Positions 34,001 to 44,312 of a stretch of DNA of 64,000 bases are shown one piece after another. The stretch lies in contig CAVVUS010000040.1 of assembly GCA_963751345.1 (NCBI GenBank), positions 46,610 through 110,609 on the forward strand, in the 5' to 3' direction. Below the pieces are notes generated by a model. That model was not told where the DNA came from, did not search any database, and saw only the letters and a program-made list of their open reading frames with translations. The translations under genes were made by a program, and so were the position numbers. The stretch's first letter is position 1, and each line of letters opens with the position of its first letter. This stretch comes from an uncultured Chloroflexia bacterium (GTDB lineage: Bacteria; Chloroflexota; Anaerolineae; B4-G1; SLSP01).

Positions 34001-36070
34001 CGATCCGTAGAAGGCCTGCTGCCGCGCGTAGGCGCGGTCCATCGCCTGCTCGTGCGAGTTGGCCTCCAGCGAGAAAGGATCGGCCTGCGGGATCGCCGAG
34101 GCAAGCGCGGCCTTGCCCGCGCCCTCCTGGGCCGCCTGCAGCGGCGCAGGGCAGGTCGTACCGTCACCGGTCGAGCACGGCTGCGAGACCATCTCAGGGA
34201 TACTAAACCCGTGCAACTCGTACTTGGGCTCCAGGAGCTCCTGTTCCAGCATGAAGTAGAGCTTGGCGAAGCCGGGGTCCTGCTCGGCAAGGGCGAAGAC
34301 CGACTCGTCGACGATCGCCAGCCCGACGGCGGACTGCACGCCGCCGCCATCTGCGCCGCTGACCTGGACGTCAAGCGTGCCGTCGTCGCCGGGCCGGTAG
34401 ACGTCGGCGCCCGCGATCAGGCCGACCGAGAGATCACTGGCCTCGTCCACGACGACCAGGCGCGTGTCGCGGACGATGGCGCCGCTGGACAGGATCTTGT
34501 ACGCGTGCAGCTCCAGCGTGCCGTAGAGGTCGGGCGTGAGATCCACCGCGACCTCGGCGTGACCGTCGGCCACGTCCACCGCGCGGGTGCTCACCGTCTG
34601 CCCCTCGCGGATAATGTCGAGGTAGACGGTGCCGCGCTGCTGGGAGGTGAGGATCGTGAGCCCCATCGTGTCGCCCACGCGGTAGATGGCGCCGTCCGGG
34701 CGCAGGAGCACGCTCTCGCTCGCGCCGGTGCCCTCAAAGGCGACCTCGCGCTGCGCCGTCGTGCCCGCCGCGTCGCGGGCGGAGATACTCATCGAGGTAT
34801 AGGAGCTGCTCGGCGTGAAGCGCAGCTCGGCCAGCCCGTAAGTGCCCGAGTGCGCCGTCAGCGTCTCGCCCGTGTCGTAGAGCGTGACGGTCACGTCCGC
34901 CTCGACGGGCGCGCCGTCGGGCGTGCTCGTCATCACGTAGAGGACGTTCTCGACGCCCTCGCGGAGCAGGCCGCCCTCGGGGATCGCGTCGATGACCAGC
35001 GCGTCGCTCGCCACGGGCAGCGAGAGCTGCCCCACCTCGGTGTGCTCTGCGAGATCGGTCACGCGCGCCTCGACGTAGAACCGCGCGCGCCCGTCCTCCA
35101 GATCGGAGCCGGCGATGTAGGTGGGCAGGTCAAAACCAAACGTGAAAGCGCCCTGGTCGTCGGTCACCCCGTCGATCGTGACGGCGACGACACGCTCAAA
35201 GTCGAAGGTATACCCTTCGATCGCGACCGTGCCGCCTGCCACGTCCTTGCCGAAGAAGTAGCGCGCGGAGAGCGTGCCCTCGACGTGGTCGCCGGGCCGG
35301 TAGAAGTCGCGGTCGGTCGTCAGCGTCACGTCGAACTTGGGCAGCGTGTAGTGCTCCACGGTCACCGTCTTCTCGGAGACCGTGTCGCCGAGCGTCGCCG
35401 TGATCTTGTAGGCGCCGCTGTTGACCTCGTCGGCGAGTTGGAAGTCGGCGGCGGCCACGCCGTACGCCGAGGTCGTCAGCGTCCGGCGGAAGACGGTATT
35501 GCCCTTGCCGTCGGCCACGGCGATCTCGACGGAGCTGGTTGCCCGCGGGGACGCGGTCGAGGCTGCCCAGCCCCAGCACGCGGATGTGGATGACCTGGCC
35601 GGGCTGGTAGAGCGGCTTATCGGTGGAGACCAAGAGGCGATAGCTGCGCACCAGCGTCACCGGCTTCTCCAGCCGGTCGGACCCGAGCGACGAGGTCGTC
35701 TCGACGACCAGCGTCTCCTCGGTGGCGGCACGTCCATGACGACGTCATCGGGCACAGTGAAGCTGACGGGCAGCGTGCCGTCCGCGTTCGTCTGGCCCTC
35801 GAAGAGCGGCGCGCCGGCCCCACCCTCGGTCGGGCGAAGCAGCACCTTCACGCCCGCGCCGGAGAGCGGCGAAGCATCGCGGCTGTCGCGCACGACGACG
35901 CGCATAGCCGCCGTGCTGCCGGGCACCAACTGCGATTGGCCCAGAACAATGGTCTCGTGCTGGCTCAGACGCTGGGGCAGCGTCTCATTGTAGACGACGA
36001 GACCCACGAGACTGAGGGCAACGAGAACGACGAGGGCGAGTCCTACGGCTATCCAACCTCTGCGGGACAT
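31070..36070 (-). CDS. Alpha-2-macroglobulin family protein with thioester motif and an internal multi-TM insertion (several frameshifts)
   Basis: N-terminal TM anchor; TDKPLYQPGQ and YTLPKF MG domains; RLRQFFPETMLW...DSITTW; MPFGCFEQ thioester motif; C-terminal IDLGLPPGF...AYDYYNP. Reconstructed from ORFs 35657..36133, 35196..35660, 33284..35518, 31129..33414 and 30936..32159. 3' end approximate. Confidence 0.88.
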
Positions 36071-36296
36071 AGGGCAGCTCCTTCTATGGTTGATGACGGA
36101 ACGTCGAGTGCGACCGCGCGGTTGCCGTCGCACATACTATTGACGTCCGCCACCGCTGCAGGGTTCCCTTTGTCGAGCGGAAGCACGCACAGGCCCTGCG
36201 AAGGTCGGGCCCGCGCTTGCTGGCGGATATGGCTGAGGAAGCAACAGCGCCTTGCCTACGAAGCGCGATGCCAACCTTCACAAGGCCCTCGTGAGG

Positions 36297-37102
36297 CTAA
36301 ACCCCGCGGAGTGCGACGTGGTCGATCCAGCGGCTGGCGCAGGCAGCCATATCCAGCAGCTCAGACGTCGGATAGGGGGCGGCACCTTCCAGGGCGGGAT
36401 CGAGAGTGCGTATGCCACGGAACTGCTGCAGCACGTACGAGACTGACTTCCGATCCCCGCACTCAGCCAGCCACTGCGCGATGGCCTCGACATCGTCGCC
36501 GTCCAGGAGGCCCGGGACGACAGTCGTGCGGAACTCTACTGTGACGCCGCTCCGGCAGAGAAGGTCAACCGACGCCGCCACTTGGCCGACATCCACGGAC
36601 TCGACGTCCGGAGAGACGCGAATACTTAGTCCGGGGCGCTTTCACGTCCATCGCCACGTAGTCTACGACGCCGGTGTTGAGGAGGTCTGCCAGGCGATCG
36701 GGATGCGTGCCGTTGGTATCGAGCTTGACCGCCACACCCCGGGCACGCGCCGCCGACAGGAACGCGGGGAGCCCCTGCTGCAACAGAGGCTCCCCGCCGG
36801 TCACGACGATGCCGGTCACCTTGCCTGCCCGCCGCGTGAGGAAAGCCAAGACCTCCTCCGGATCAACGGCGGGCAGCGAATGAGGCCTGCAACACCAGGT
36901 CGGCATTGTGGCACATAGGACATCGGAAGTCACACCCCCCTGTGAAGAGAACCGTGGCGATGTGATCGGGAAAATCGATCAGCGACGTCCGCGCCCAGCC
37001 TCGGAGGTCGATCTCCAAGGCTGGGACTCTTGAGGCTTCGAGCTCGACGTGACTTGTAGACCTGAGATCCTTCGCCTGCGGCTCAGGATGACAATTCAAC
37101 AT
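36297..37102 (-). CDS. nrdG: Anaerobic ribonucleotide reductase activating enzyme (radical SAM); two frameshifts
   Basis: TSLIDFPD.IATVLFTGGCDFRCPMCHN, VTGGEPL, KLDTNG, YVAMDVKAP, EFRTTVVP. An alternative TTG start lies at 37018. Confidence 0.9.
37065..37093. repeat. REP-like element family A
   Basis: AGATCCTTCGCCTGCGGCTCAGGATGACA, exact reverse complement of 50583-50611. Confidence 0.85.
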
Positions 37103-37108
37103 GCAGTC

Positions 37109-37288
37109 CTAACTGACAGGCAGCTTCTCGTCTACTTTGAAGGCCTTCCGCTCCACGAACTCCTGGCGCTTGCCCTGGTTCCACGCCTGGACGGGGCGCA
37201 GGTATCCCACCACTCGCGAGTAGACCTCGCAGGGTACCTTGAGTTCGACGTTCTCCCGCTCGGTTATCGGTTGCTTGTTCTCCGCCAT
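37109..37288 (-). CDS. Stand-alone NrdD glycyl-radical domain (59 aa)
   Basis: My translation: MAENKQPITERENVELKVPCEVYSRVVGYLRPVQAWNQGKRQEFVERKAFKVDEKLPVS*. Contains the YSRVVGYLRPV glycyl-radical motif and has its own purine-rich SD. Below the ORF-track size cutoff. Confidence 0.92.
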   Translation of the reverse strand: MAENKQPITERENVELKVPCEVYSRVVGYLRPVQAWNQGKRQEFVERKAFKVDEKLPVS

Positions 37289-37336
37289 TTGGATCCCCCC
37301 TGTTGTGTATCGAATTCAGAAACGCCTAATCGCTGG

Positions 37337-39370
37337 TCAACCTTCCGGCGCCGCCGGTCGACCATATTGCGCCAACTGCTCCTCGGTATGTTCGTAGGGG
37401 CAATACGTGTGCTCCCCCGCGATGTAGCCGTGGATCGGGCAGACGCTGAAGGTCGGCGTCAGCGTGTAATAGGGCAGCCGGTAATTCTCGGCCACGGTAC
37501 GCACGAGACGCCTTGCCTGTTGCCAATCGTCGATCTGTTCACCGAGGAAGATGTGCAGCACGGTGCCCCCCGTGTAGAGCGTCTGGAGCTCGTCCTGATG
37601 GTCCAGCACCTCAAAGAGATCATCGCTGAAATCCACGGGCAGATGCGTCGAGTTCGTATAGTAGGGTGAGTCCGGGGTGCCCGCTGTGGCAATCTCGGGA
37701 TAGCGGGCTTTGTCCGTGCGCGCCAACCGGAAGGTAGCGCCCTCGGCAGGCGTGGCCTCGAGGTTATATAGGTTCCCTGTCTGCTCCTGGAAGCGCGCCA
37801 ACACCTCTTGCATGAACTGCAGCGTACGGATGGCGAAAGCTTGACCATCCGGATGGTCGATCCCAACGCCCAGGAAGTTCTGGCATGCCTCGTTCATGCC
37901 ATTGAGCCCTACAGTCGAGAAGTGGTTGCTCCAATAATGGCCGGTGCTCGCCTTCACGTTGCGCAGGTAGTGCTGGCTGTAGGGATAAAGCCCACGTTCC
38001 GTCAAGGACTCCAGCATCTTGCGCTTGATCTCCAGGCTGGTCTTCGCGACATCCATCAGATGCTCCAGATGGTCGCGGAAATCGCGCTCGTTCCTGGCAG
38101 TGTACCCCAGCCGCGCCATATTGATCGTGACGACGCCCACCGAGCCGGTGAGCGGTGCAGCCGCGAAGAGGCCCCCGGTTCGCTTCCGCAGCTCACGGTT
38201 GTCCAGCCGTAGGCGGCAGCACATACTTCGCGCATCCTCGGCGCTCATATCGCTGTTGATAAAGTTCGCGAAGTAGGGAATCCCATATCGGGCGGTCATC
38301 GCCCAGATCGGCGCAAGCTCGGAGTTGTCCCAATCGAAATCAGGCGTGATGTTGTACGTGGGGATCGGGAATGTGAAGACACGCCCCTGTGCATCGCCAT
38401 CCAGCATCACCTCGGCGAAAGCACGGTTGATCAGATCCATCTCCGGCTGGAAGTCCCCGTAGACCGCTTCCTTTGGCTCACCGCCCACGATCACCGGTTC
38501 GCTGGACAACGTGCTGGGCGGCGTCAGGTCCATGGTGATATTGGTGAACGGTGTCTGGAAGCCCACACGAGTGGGCACGTTGATGTTGAAGACAAACTCC
38601 TGAAGTGCCTGCTTCACCTGCGTGAAATTCAGGCTGTCATACCTGACAAAGGGCGCCAATAGTGTGTCGAAGTTGGAGACGGCCACGGCCCCCGCCGACT
38701 CCCCCTGTAGCGTGTAGAAGAAGTTGACCAGTTGCCCCAACGCCGTACGCAAGTGTCGCGGGGGCTTGCTCTGCACCTTAGCAGGTACACCGCCGAAGCC
38801 CTGTTCGAGGAGATCCAGCAGGTCCCATCCGCAGCAATAGACGGAGAGCATACCCAAGTCGTGAACGTGGAGGTCTGCACTGGTATGCGCAGCCTGTACT
38901 TCCGGGGGATAAATGCGATGCAGCCAATAACGTGCTGCGATGGATGAGGCCACATAGAAGTTGAGTCCCTGCAGCGAGTAGTTCATGTTGCTGTTCTCGT
39001 TGACCCGCCAATCCGACCGCTGCAGGTAGTCATCGACCAGCTTCTCAGAATCCAGCAGCATCCGGTGGGTCTCCCGCGCCTGCGCTCGCTGCTGACGGTA
39101 GAGAATATAAGCCTTGGCAATCCGTGGATTGCCCGATTTGACCAGCACCTCCTCAACGACATCCTGGATATCTTCGACGTGCGGCGGCAGACCGCTGCCG
39201 TTGATCCGCTCCTCCATTAAGCCGGTCACAGCCCACGAGAGCGTCTCAGCCCACGTGCGCCCTACCCCATTGCCCGAAGCGCGTGCCGCAGCGTAGATCG
39301 CCTCCTCGATCCGCTTTCGATCGAACGGCACAACCGCCCCGTCTCGCTTAACCACCCTTTCGACCGCCAT
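37337..39370 (-). CDS. nrdD: Class III (anaerobic) ribonucleoside-triphosphate reductase, large part lacking the glycyl-radical loop
   Basis: ATP cone (VVKRDG..VPFD), DWRVNENSN, YCCGW, RSMCCRL, TGSVGVVTIN, EATPAEG, YYTNST, YTGGTV, TPTFSVCPIHGY; SD AAGGAG before ATG 39370. Confidence 0.95.
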   Translation of the reverse strand: MAVERVVKRDGAVVPFDRKRIEEAIYAAARASGNGVGRTWAETLSWAVTGLMEERINGSGLPPHVEDIQDVVEEVLVKSGNPRIAKAYILYRQQRAQARETHRMLLDSEKLVDDYLQRSDWRVNENSNMNYSLQGLNFYVASSIAARYWLHRIYPPEVQAAHTSADLHVHDLGMLSVYCCGWDLLDLLEQGFGGVPAKVQSKPPRHLRTALGQLVNFFYTLQGESAGAVAVSNFDTLLAPFVRYDSLNFTQVKQALQEFVFNINVPTRVGFQTPFTNITMDLTPPSTLSSEPVIVGGEPKEAVYGDFQPEMDLINRAFAEVMLDGDAQGRVFTFPIPTYNITPDFDWDNSELAPIWAMTARYGIPYFANFINSDMSAEDARSMCCRLRLDNRELRKRTGGLFAAAPLTGSVGVVTINMARLGYTARNERDFRDHLEHLMDVAKTSLEIKRKMLESLTERGLYPYSQHYLRNVKASTGHYWSNHFSTVGLNGMNEACQNFLGVGIDHPDGQAFAIRTLQFMQEVLARFQEQTGNLYNLEATPAEGATFRLARTDKARYPEIATAGTPDSPYYTNSTHLPVDFSDDLFEVLDHQDELQTLYTGGTVLHIFLGEQIDDWQQARRLVRTVAENYRLPYYTLTPTFSVCPIHGYIAGEHTYCPYEHTEEQLAQYGRPAAPEG

Positions 39371-39411
39371 GTCTGGGGCCACTCCTTTCGAAATAAGTCC
39401 AGAGACAGCAA

Positions 39412-39438
39412 GACGCCCACGCATGTCACGTGGGCGTC
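39412..39438 (-). terminator. Hairpin in the nrdD leader (possible attenuator)
   Basis: Perfect 10-bp stem GACGCCCACG/CGTGGGCGTC with a 7-nt loop, followed on the minus strand by a weakly pyrimidine-rich tail. Confidence 0.4.
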
Positions 39439-39615
39439 CGGCAACCCACCGCAGGAACTCCACAGAGGCTACTCATCGGAGGAGGGGAATCCTCAGAGTG
39501 TCTCAGAGCGAGGTGCTGCTTGTTGAGCCCAGTAGGAAGAAAAAAGCAATGTAAAATGCAAACACACTGCTTGTTTGTATGAACCGGCCGTATTTGGTTA
39601 GAAAGAGACCTAGAA

Positions 39616-39631
39616 ACACTGGATATAGGGG
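39616..39631 (-). promoter_or_regulatory. Putative NrdR box
   Basis: Minus strand CCCCTATATCCAGTGT resembles the NrdR consensus acaCwAtATaTwGtgt; lies just downstream of the nrdD promoter. Confidence 0.6.
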
Positions 39632-39675
39632 GTGAAGATCGGCCAGTGCAACTAAAGTGTCACCGAGCTGTTCAT

Positions 39676-39704
39676 ACTATAGCACCGAAGCTGCCCTTTG
39701 TCAA
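39676..39704 (-). promoter_or_regulatory. Sigma70 promoter of the nrdD operon
   Basis: Minus strand TTGACA, 17-nt spacer, TATAGT with an extended -10 (TGcTATAGT). Confidence 0.7.
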
Positions 39705-39796
39705 CGATAAGTTAGAACATCTGGGCGAGTTCGTAAGCCAATCGTCAGGTAGGGCAAAACCGGTTGCCGGTTGTCCGTTTCCAGTTGTCAGTACTG

Positions 39797-41856
39797 TCAA
39801 CTACCTTGTCCCGTCTTGATCACCATCACCTGGTTCTTCTGCATGAAGAGCCGACCGCCGGTGACGGTACGCCCCGTGGTCAGATCAATTCCAGCCGGCA
39901 CCGAGGGCACGCTGACAACGCGCTCGTTAGCGTTGGTGATGAACCAGAGCTGCTTCTGCTCGTCTTCCCGCAGGGTGACGTGGACGCCCGCAGGTATTTC
40001 CGGCCACAACGGGGCCAGATCCTCCCGCAGCCCTTGCAGGAACGGTATCAAGCCCTCGATGACCGGCTCAGTCAGATAGGTGCCGATGTAGACGGCGGCA
40101 CCCTCACCGGTCTTGCGCCTCGTGGCGGCGCTCTTCAGTTGTAGATGGCGCTCCTCCCACCGGGCGATCGTGTTGGTCCCCGGCAGCGCATCGAGGCGCT
40201 CGTACCAATACTGCGAGTGCGCTCGGGCGTTGCCCGGGTAGAAACGCAGGGTCAGGGGACGCTGATCGCGCGCGTTCTGGCGTCCGTACTCAACCACGCG
40301 GAAGCCCGTCAGCTTACTCAGGATACCGGGAGGTGTCTCTGCCACAACGTTGTTCTGTAGGTCTTTGGTCGCCGTCCTCGCGCCGATCACGAGCACGCCC
40401 CCGCCCTGGACAAAGGACTCGAGGCCGGGCAGCCATGCCGGGTCGAAAAGGGCCCAATGAGGTATGATATAGACCTTCAGCCCCGACAGGTCGTCCGACG
40501 GATGGACGCAGCCCACGGCATAGCCCTGGTTGAAGAAGGTCGCATGGACCTCTGCGGCGATCTGGTCGGGAGACGGCAGGCCGAAGGATATGGCGGCGTG
40601 GGCGTCCTCAACGTCGACATCCGCAGCTGCGATGCCCACGTCGACCCGCACGTGCGTGTTCATCACCTCGGATCCGATCGCCTTCAGCTCCTCCCCGAAC
40701 TGCTTCACCTCATCGTAGCACCCGCGAGGCACGTTGTCGTGGTCGAGGATACCGCGCCAGTACTCCTCGGCGCCAAAGCGGCACGTGCGCCAGCGGAAGA
40801 AGAGCAGGCTGTCCGCGCCGTGGGCGATCGAGGTATAGGCCATCCGCCGCATCTCACCGGGCTCGGGGGTATCGTGCAGGTAAGGCGCCTGCCCGCCCGA
40901 GCCCGACTGCTGCTCCGGGACCATCAAGTTACCGGTCCACGCGCGGGCGCGGTCGAGGTTGAAGGCCTGGGTGAGGGGGCGGGCGCAGGGATCCTTATCG
41001 AAGAAAGGGTAGACGTCGTAGCTCAGGAAGTCGAGATCGCGCCCAAACTCGCCCCTATAGTCGATGTGGGCGAAGGTGCCGTTGTGCGTGACGAACCAGC
41101 GCGGGTCGGCAGCGCGCAGGATCTCCACCTGTTCGTGCTGGAAGCGCGTCGTGGACCACGAGATAAAGCGGTCGTAGTCGAGCAGGTGGGCCGGGTTGGC
41201 GTATGCCGGCTTACCGTTCTTGGGCGTCTGGATCTGGTCGAAGTCGGTGTAGGTCTGGGACCAGAAGACGGTCCCCCAGGCCGCGTTGAGCGCCTCGATG
41301 TCATCGCCGTAGCGCTCGCGCAGAAACGTGCGGAAGGCGGCCTGGCAGGTGTCGCAATGGCACTCGGAGAAGTGGCAGTTCAGCTCGTTGTCGGTCTGCC
41401 ATCCGACCACGTGCGGGCTGCCCGCATAGTGATCGGCCATCGCCTGCGTGATCGCGCGCGAGTAGGCGCGGAAGGTCTCGCCGGTGAGGCAGGCGTGCTG
41501 GCGGGAGCCGTGCTGCATCCGCACCCCGTCCGCGTTGACCCGCAGCACCTCCGGGTGCGCCTAGGTCAGCCAGCGCGGCGGCGTAGCCGTGGGCGTGCCG
41601 AGGATCGTATGGATCCCCTGTGCACCCAGCTCGGCGATGACCTCGTCAAAGAGGCTGAAGTCGTACCGCCCCTCCTCCGGCTCAATCACGCTCCAGGCGA
41701 ACTCGGCCATGCGGACGCAGTTGAAGCCCGCCTCGGCCATGCGCTGTGCATCCTTCGCCCGATCCTCCGCAGACCAGTGCTCCGGGTAGTACGCCGCGCC
41801 ATACCAGAAACGATCGAGCCCCGTCGGACGTAGATAGGAGTGCCTGGTACTGCCAT
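39797..41856 (-). CDS. Beta-galactosidase, GH42 family (5' frameshift and in-frame TAG at 41561-41563)
   Basis: YGAAYYPEHW...GFNCVRMAEFAWS.IEPEEG.YDF, LGTPTATPPRWL, WQTDNE, FFRWR...GAEEY, trimerisation domain. Confidence 0.88.
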
Positions 41857-43383
41857 CGCTCCCCCTCCCTTCTCGATGATCTTGCCAAAGAAGAACGCCT
41901 TGTCGTCACGGCGGGTGCCGTTCTCGTCAATGTACCACCAATCGTCCTCGTAGGCCCGCCGGCCCTCGCCGCTCACCCCGGCCAGATCCACCTGGCCCTT
42001 GCCCGTGACCGGCTCCTTGGCGCCGTCCAGGTCCGGGTCGACGTAGCGGACGAACCAGGCCTCCAACTGGCCCTTCATCTCTGTCACCCGCGCCCGCTGC
42101 GCCGGGTCGTCCACGAGGTTGTGCTCCTCGTCCGGGTCCGCCGCAAGGTCGTAGAGCTCGTTGGGTCCGTACGGATAGCGGTGGACGTATTTCCACTGCC
42201 GGGTGCGGATCATGCGCACCGGTCCATACTCGTCGAAGACGACGACGTGTTCCCGTTCGGGAAGAGCCTCGCCTCGCAGCAGCGGCGCGAAACTCCGCCC
42301 CGGCAGCGACACAGCGTCGGGGGATTCGACGCCCAGGTAGTCCAGCAGCGTCGGCATGAGGTCATAGTGGCTCAGCAGATGGTCGTCCACGCACCTCCGG
42401 CAGCCGCCGGGCATCGCCATCAGCGTCGGCACCTTGACCGAGGTATCGTACATGTTCTGCGGGAAGGTGCCGTTGCCCTTGCCCCAGATCCCGTGGTGCC
42501 CCATGTTCATCCCGTTGTCGCTGGTGAAGACGATCAACGTGTTCTCCAGCACGCCCATCGACGTCAGCCTGTCCAGAATCTGGCCGACACCGCGATCGAC
42601 GCCCGTGATCGCGGCGTAGTAGCCGCTCAAGAGCTCGTGCCGCCGCGGCCCTCTTCCCCGCGGAGCGCTGTTGATCTGCCAGGGGTGCCCGCCAGGCACC
42701 TCAGGACACGTGTCGAAGGGACAGTCGGCGTAGAGGGAGACTAACTCCTCCGGATGCTCACCCCTATCCCACGGAGAGTGCGGCGCCGTGTAGTGGACGC
42801 TCAAGTAGAAAGGCGCATCCTCCTCGGCCTGTGCATCCAGGAACCTCAGCCCGCCCTCCGTGATCACATCCGTGAGGTAGCGAGTGTCACGCTCGATGCG
42901 TCCCTCGCGGATGAAGTAGCCGTTGTGGTAGCTGCCGCCACCATAGGGGAAGAGATGCCAGTAGGAGAACCCCTTCTGCGGGTTGAGGCTATCACCCAGA
43001 TGCCATTTGCCGCTGATACCACAGGCGTAGCCGTTAGCCGCCAACACCTCCGTGTAGGCAGGCATCCCTTGCAGGTACTCGATCTCCCGGTCATCGCCTG
43101 ACCCCAGCCCCGGTGTCCGCTCCCCGATCAGATTGCCCTTGCGGAGCCAATCGTGCACGCCGTGTTGGGAGGGAATCCGCCCGGTGAGAATCGACGCACG
43201 CGCAGGCGAGCAGACAGGGGAGGCGCAAAAGAAGCTTTCAAAGCGCATCCCCATTGCCGCGATACGATCCAGGTTCGGTGTCTGCACCTCGTTATTGCCG
43301 GCACTTCCCAACGCCCAATATCCCTGGTCGTCAGTGAGCACGAAAACGATATTCGGCCTCTCGGGATCTCGACTGCCACGCAC
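41857..43383 (-). CDS. Sulfatase (formylglycine-dependent); 3' end uncertain
   Basis: PNIVFVLTDDQG, CSPARAS (CxPxR), GKWHLG, FTSDNG, ELYDLAADPDE. The frame runs on into the GH42 start region. Confidence 0.9.
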
Positions 43384-43410
43384 ACCTCCTTATACCGGCA
43401 GCAACCGGGG

Positions 43411-44312
43411 TCAATCCTCCACTAACAGCGTATTCGTCCAGGCGCGCCTACCCACGCCGTCCTCGATCTCAATGTAGGCATAGGGCCAGTCCTCCGGCAA
43501 TGCAAAACTCGCCTGCTGCAGTGTGCTGCCGTCGAAGCTGCCCAGGCGCTGCCCCTGCGAGCGCGGGCCTACCAGCCGGACGAAGCTCACGGGCGATGTC
43601 TCGATGGACACCTGACCGTCGTCGACCCTGATCTCGTGAAAGGTAGGGCCCGTGGTGCTGTAGAAGCGGCCCGCACGCAGGCTTGCCATGATAGCCTCCG
43701 CGGTCACCGAGGGCGCCTGGACCATGACCCAGCCCCCGTTCCAACCGGGATGGGAGGTTGTGATGTGGGCATCGTCGGACGCGAACGCCAGCGTACGCGG
43801 TGCCTCCTTGAGCATCATCTCCCAATACGGGCGCCCGTCCCCCTTCCCGTTCAGCCATTGGCAGACGTAGTTGTAGATCTCCACGCCATCAAATCCCCAT
43901 CTGACCGTTTCCGCACAGGAGTTCCCGGTCCAGTAAGGGTGTGCAAGGATGAGCAAACCGCCCTGGGCGCGCACAGCGGCGAGCGCGTCGGGGAATCCCA
44001 TCTGCCTCTGTATACCGGTGAAGGCCCCCAGACAGACGACGTGATAATAGCCGCTGTGCTCGTCGAATCCGTCCAGCTCGATACCGTCGAGCCAGAGCAG
44101 GGGCTGTCTGCACCACCGCCGCCCAGCAGCACGGAAGACGAGGCCCAGTGATCCGTCCGAAACAGGAAGTCATAGCCGGCACCGCTATAGGCCCGCTCGA
44201 GCTCCGCGAAAGTCAGCCCCCCATCCGAGACCGTGCTGTGAATGTGCGTGTTCCCCTTGTACCAGTTGCCCTCTGACAGATAGCGCGGCGACGCCTGCCG
44301 TTCCCCGCTCAC
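43411..44312 (-). CDS. PHP-domain metallohydrolase (CehA/McbA-like); frameshifted
   Basis: WYKGNTHIHSTVSDG, DFLFRTDH, LAHPYW, SDDAH, GRFYSTTGP; GTG start overlaps the upstream stop. Confidence 0.82.

Noticed and set aside
37316-37339. Selenocysteine readthrough of the TGA codons joining the two nrdD parts
   Set aside because: Two TGA codons at non-Cys positions, no evident SECIS hairpin, and the downstream ORF has its own SD.
39380-39600. Cobalamin riboswitch upstream of nrdD
   Set aside because: I could not find the B12 box or the GCCACTG and GGGAA core motifs on the coding strand.
41561-41563. In-frame TAG in GH42 (WLT*AHPEVL) as possible pyrrolysine or readthrough
   Set aside because: Variable, non-catalytic position; no pyl genes in the window; TAG ends many other genes here; the region is error-rich, so a substitution error or nonsense mutation is simpler.
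41686-41900. Apparent sulfatase-GH42 fusion
   Set aside because: The GH42 motifs are in a different frame from the sulfatase run-on, and an SD plus ATG exists at 41856. Most likely indel artefacts.
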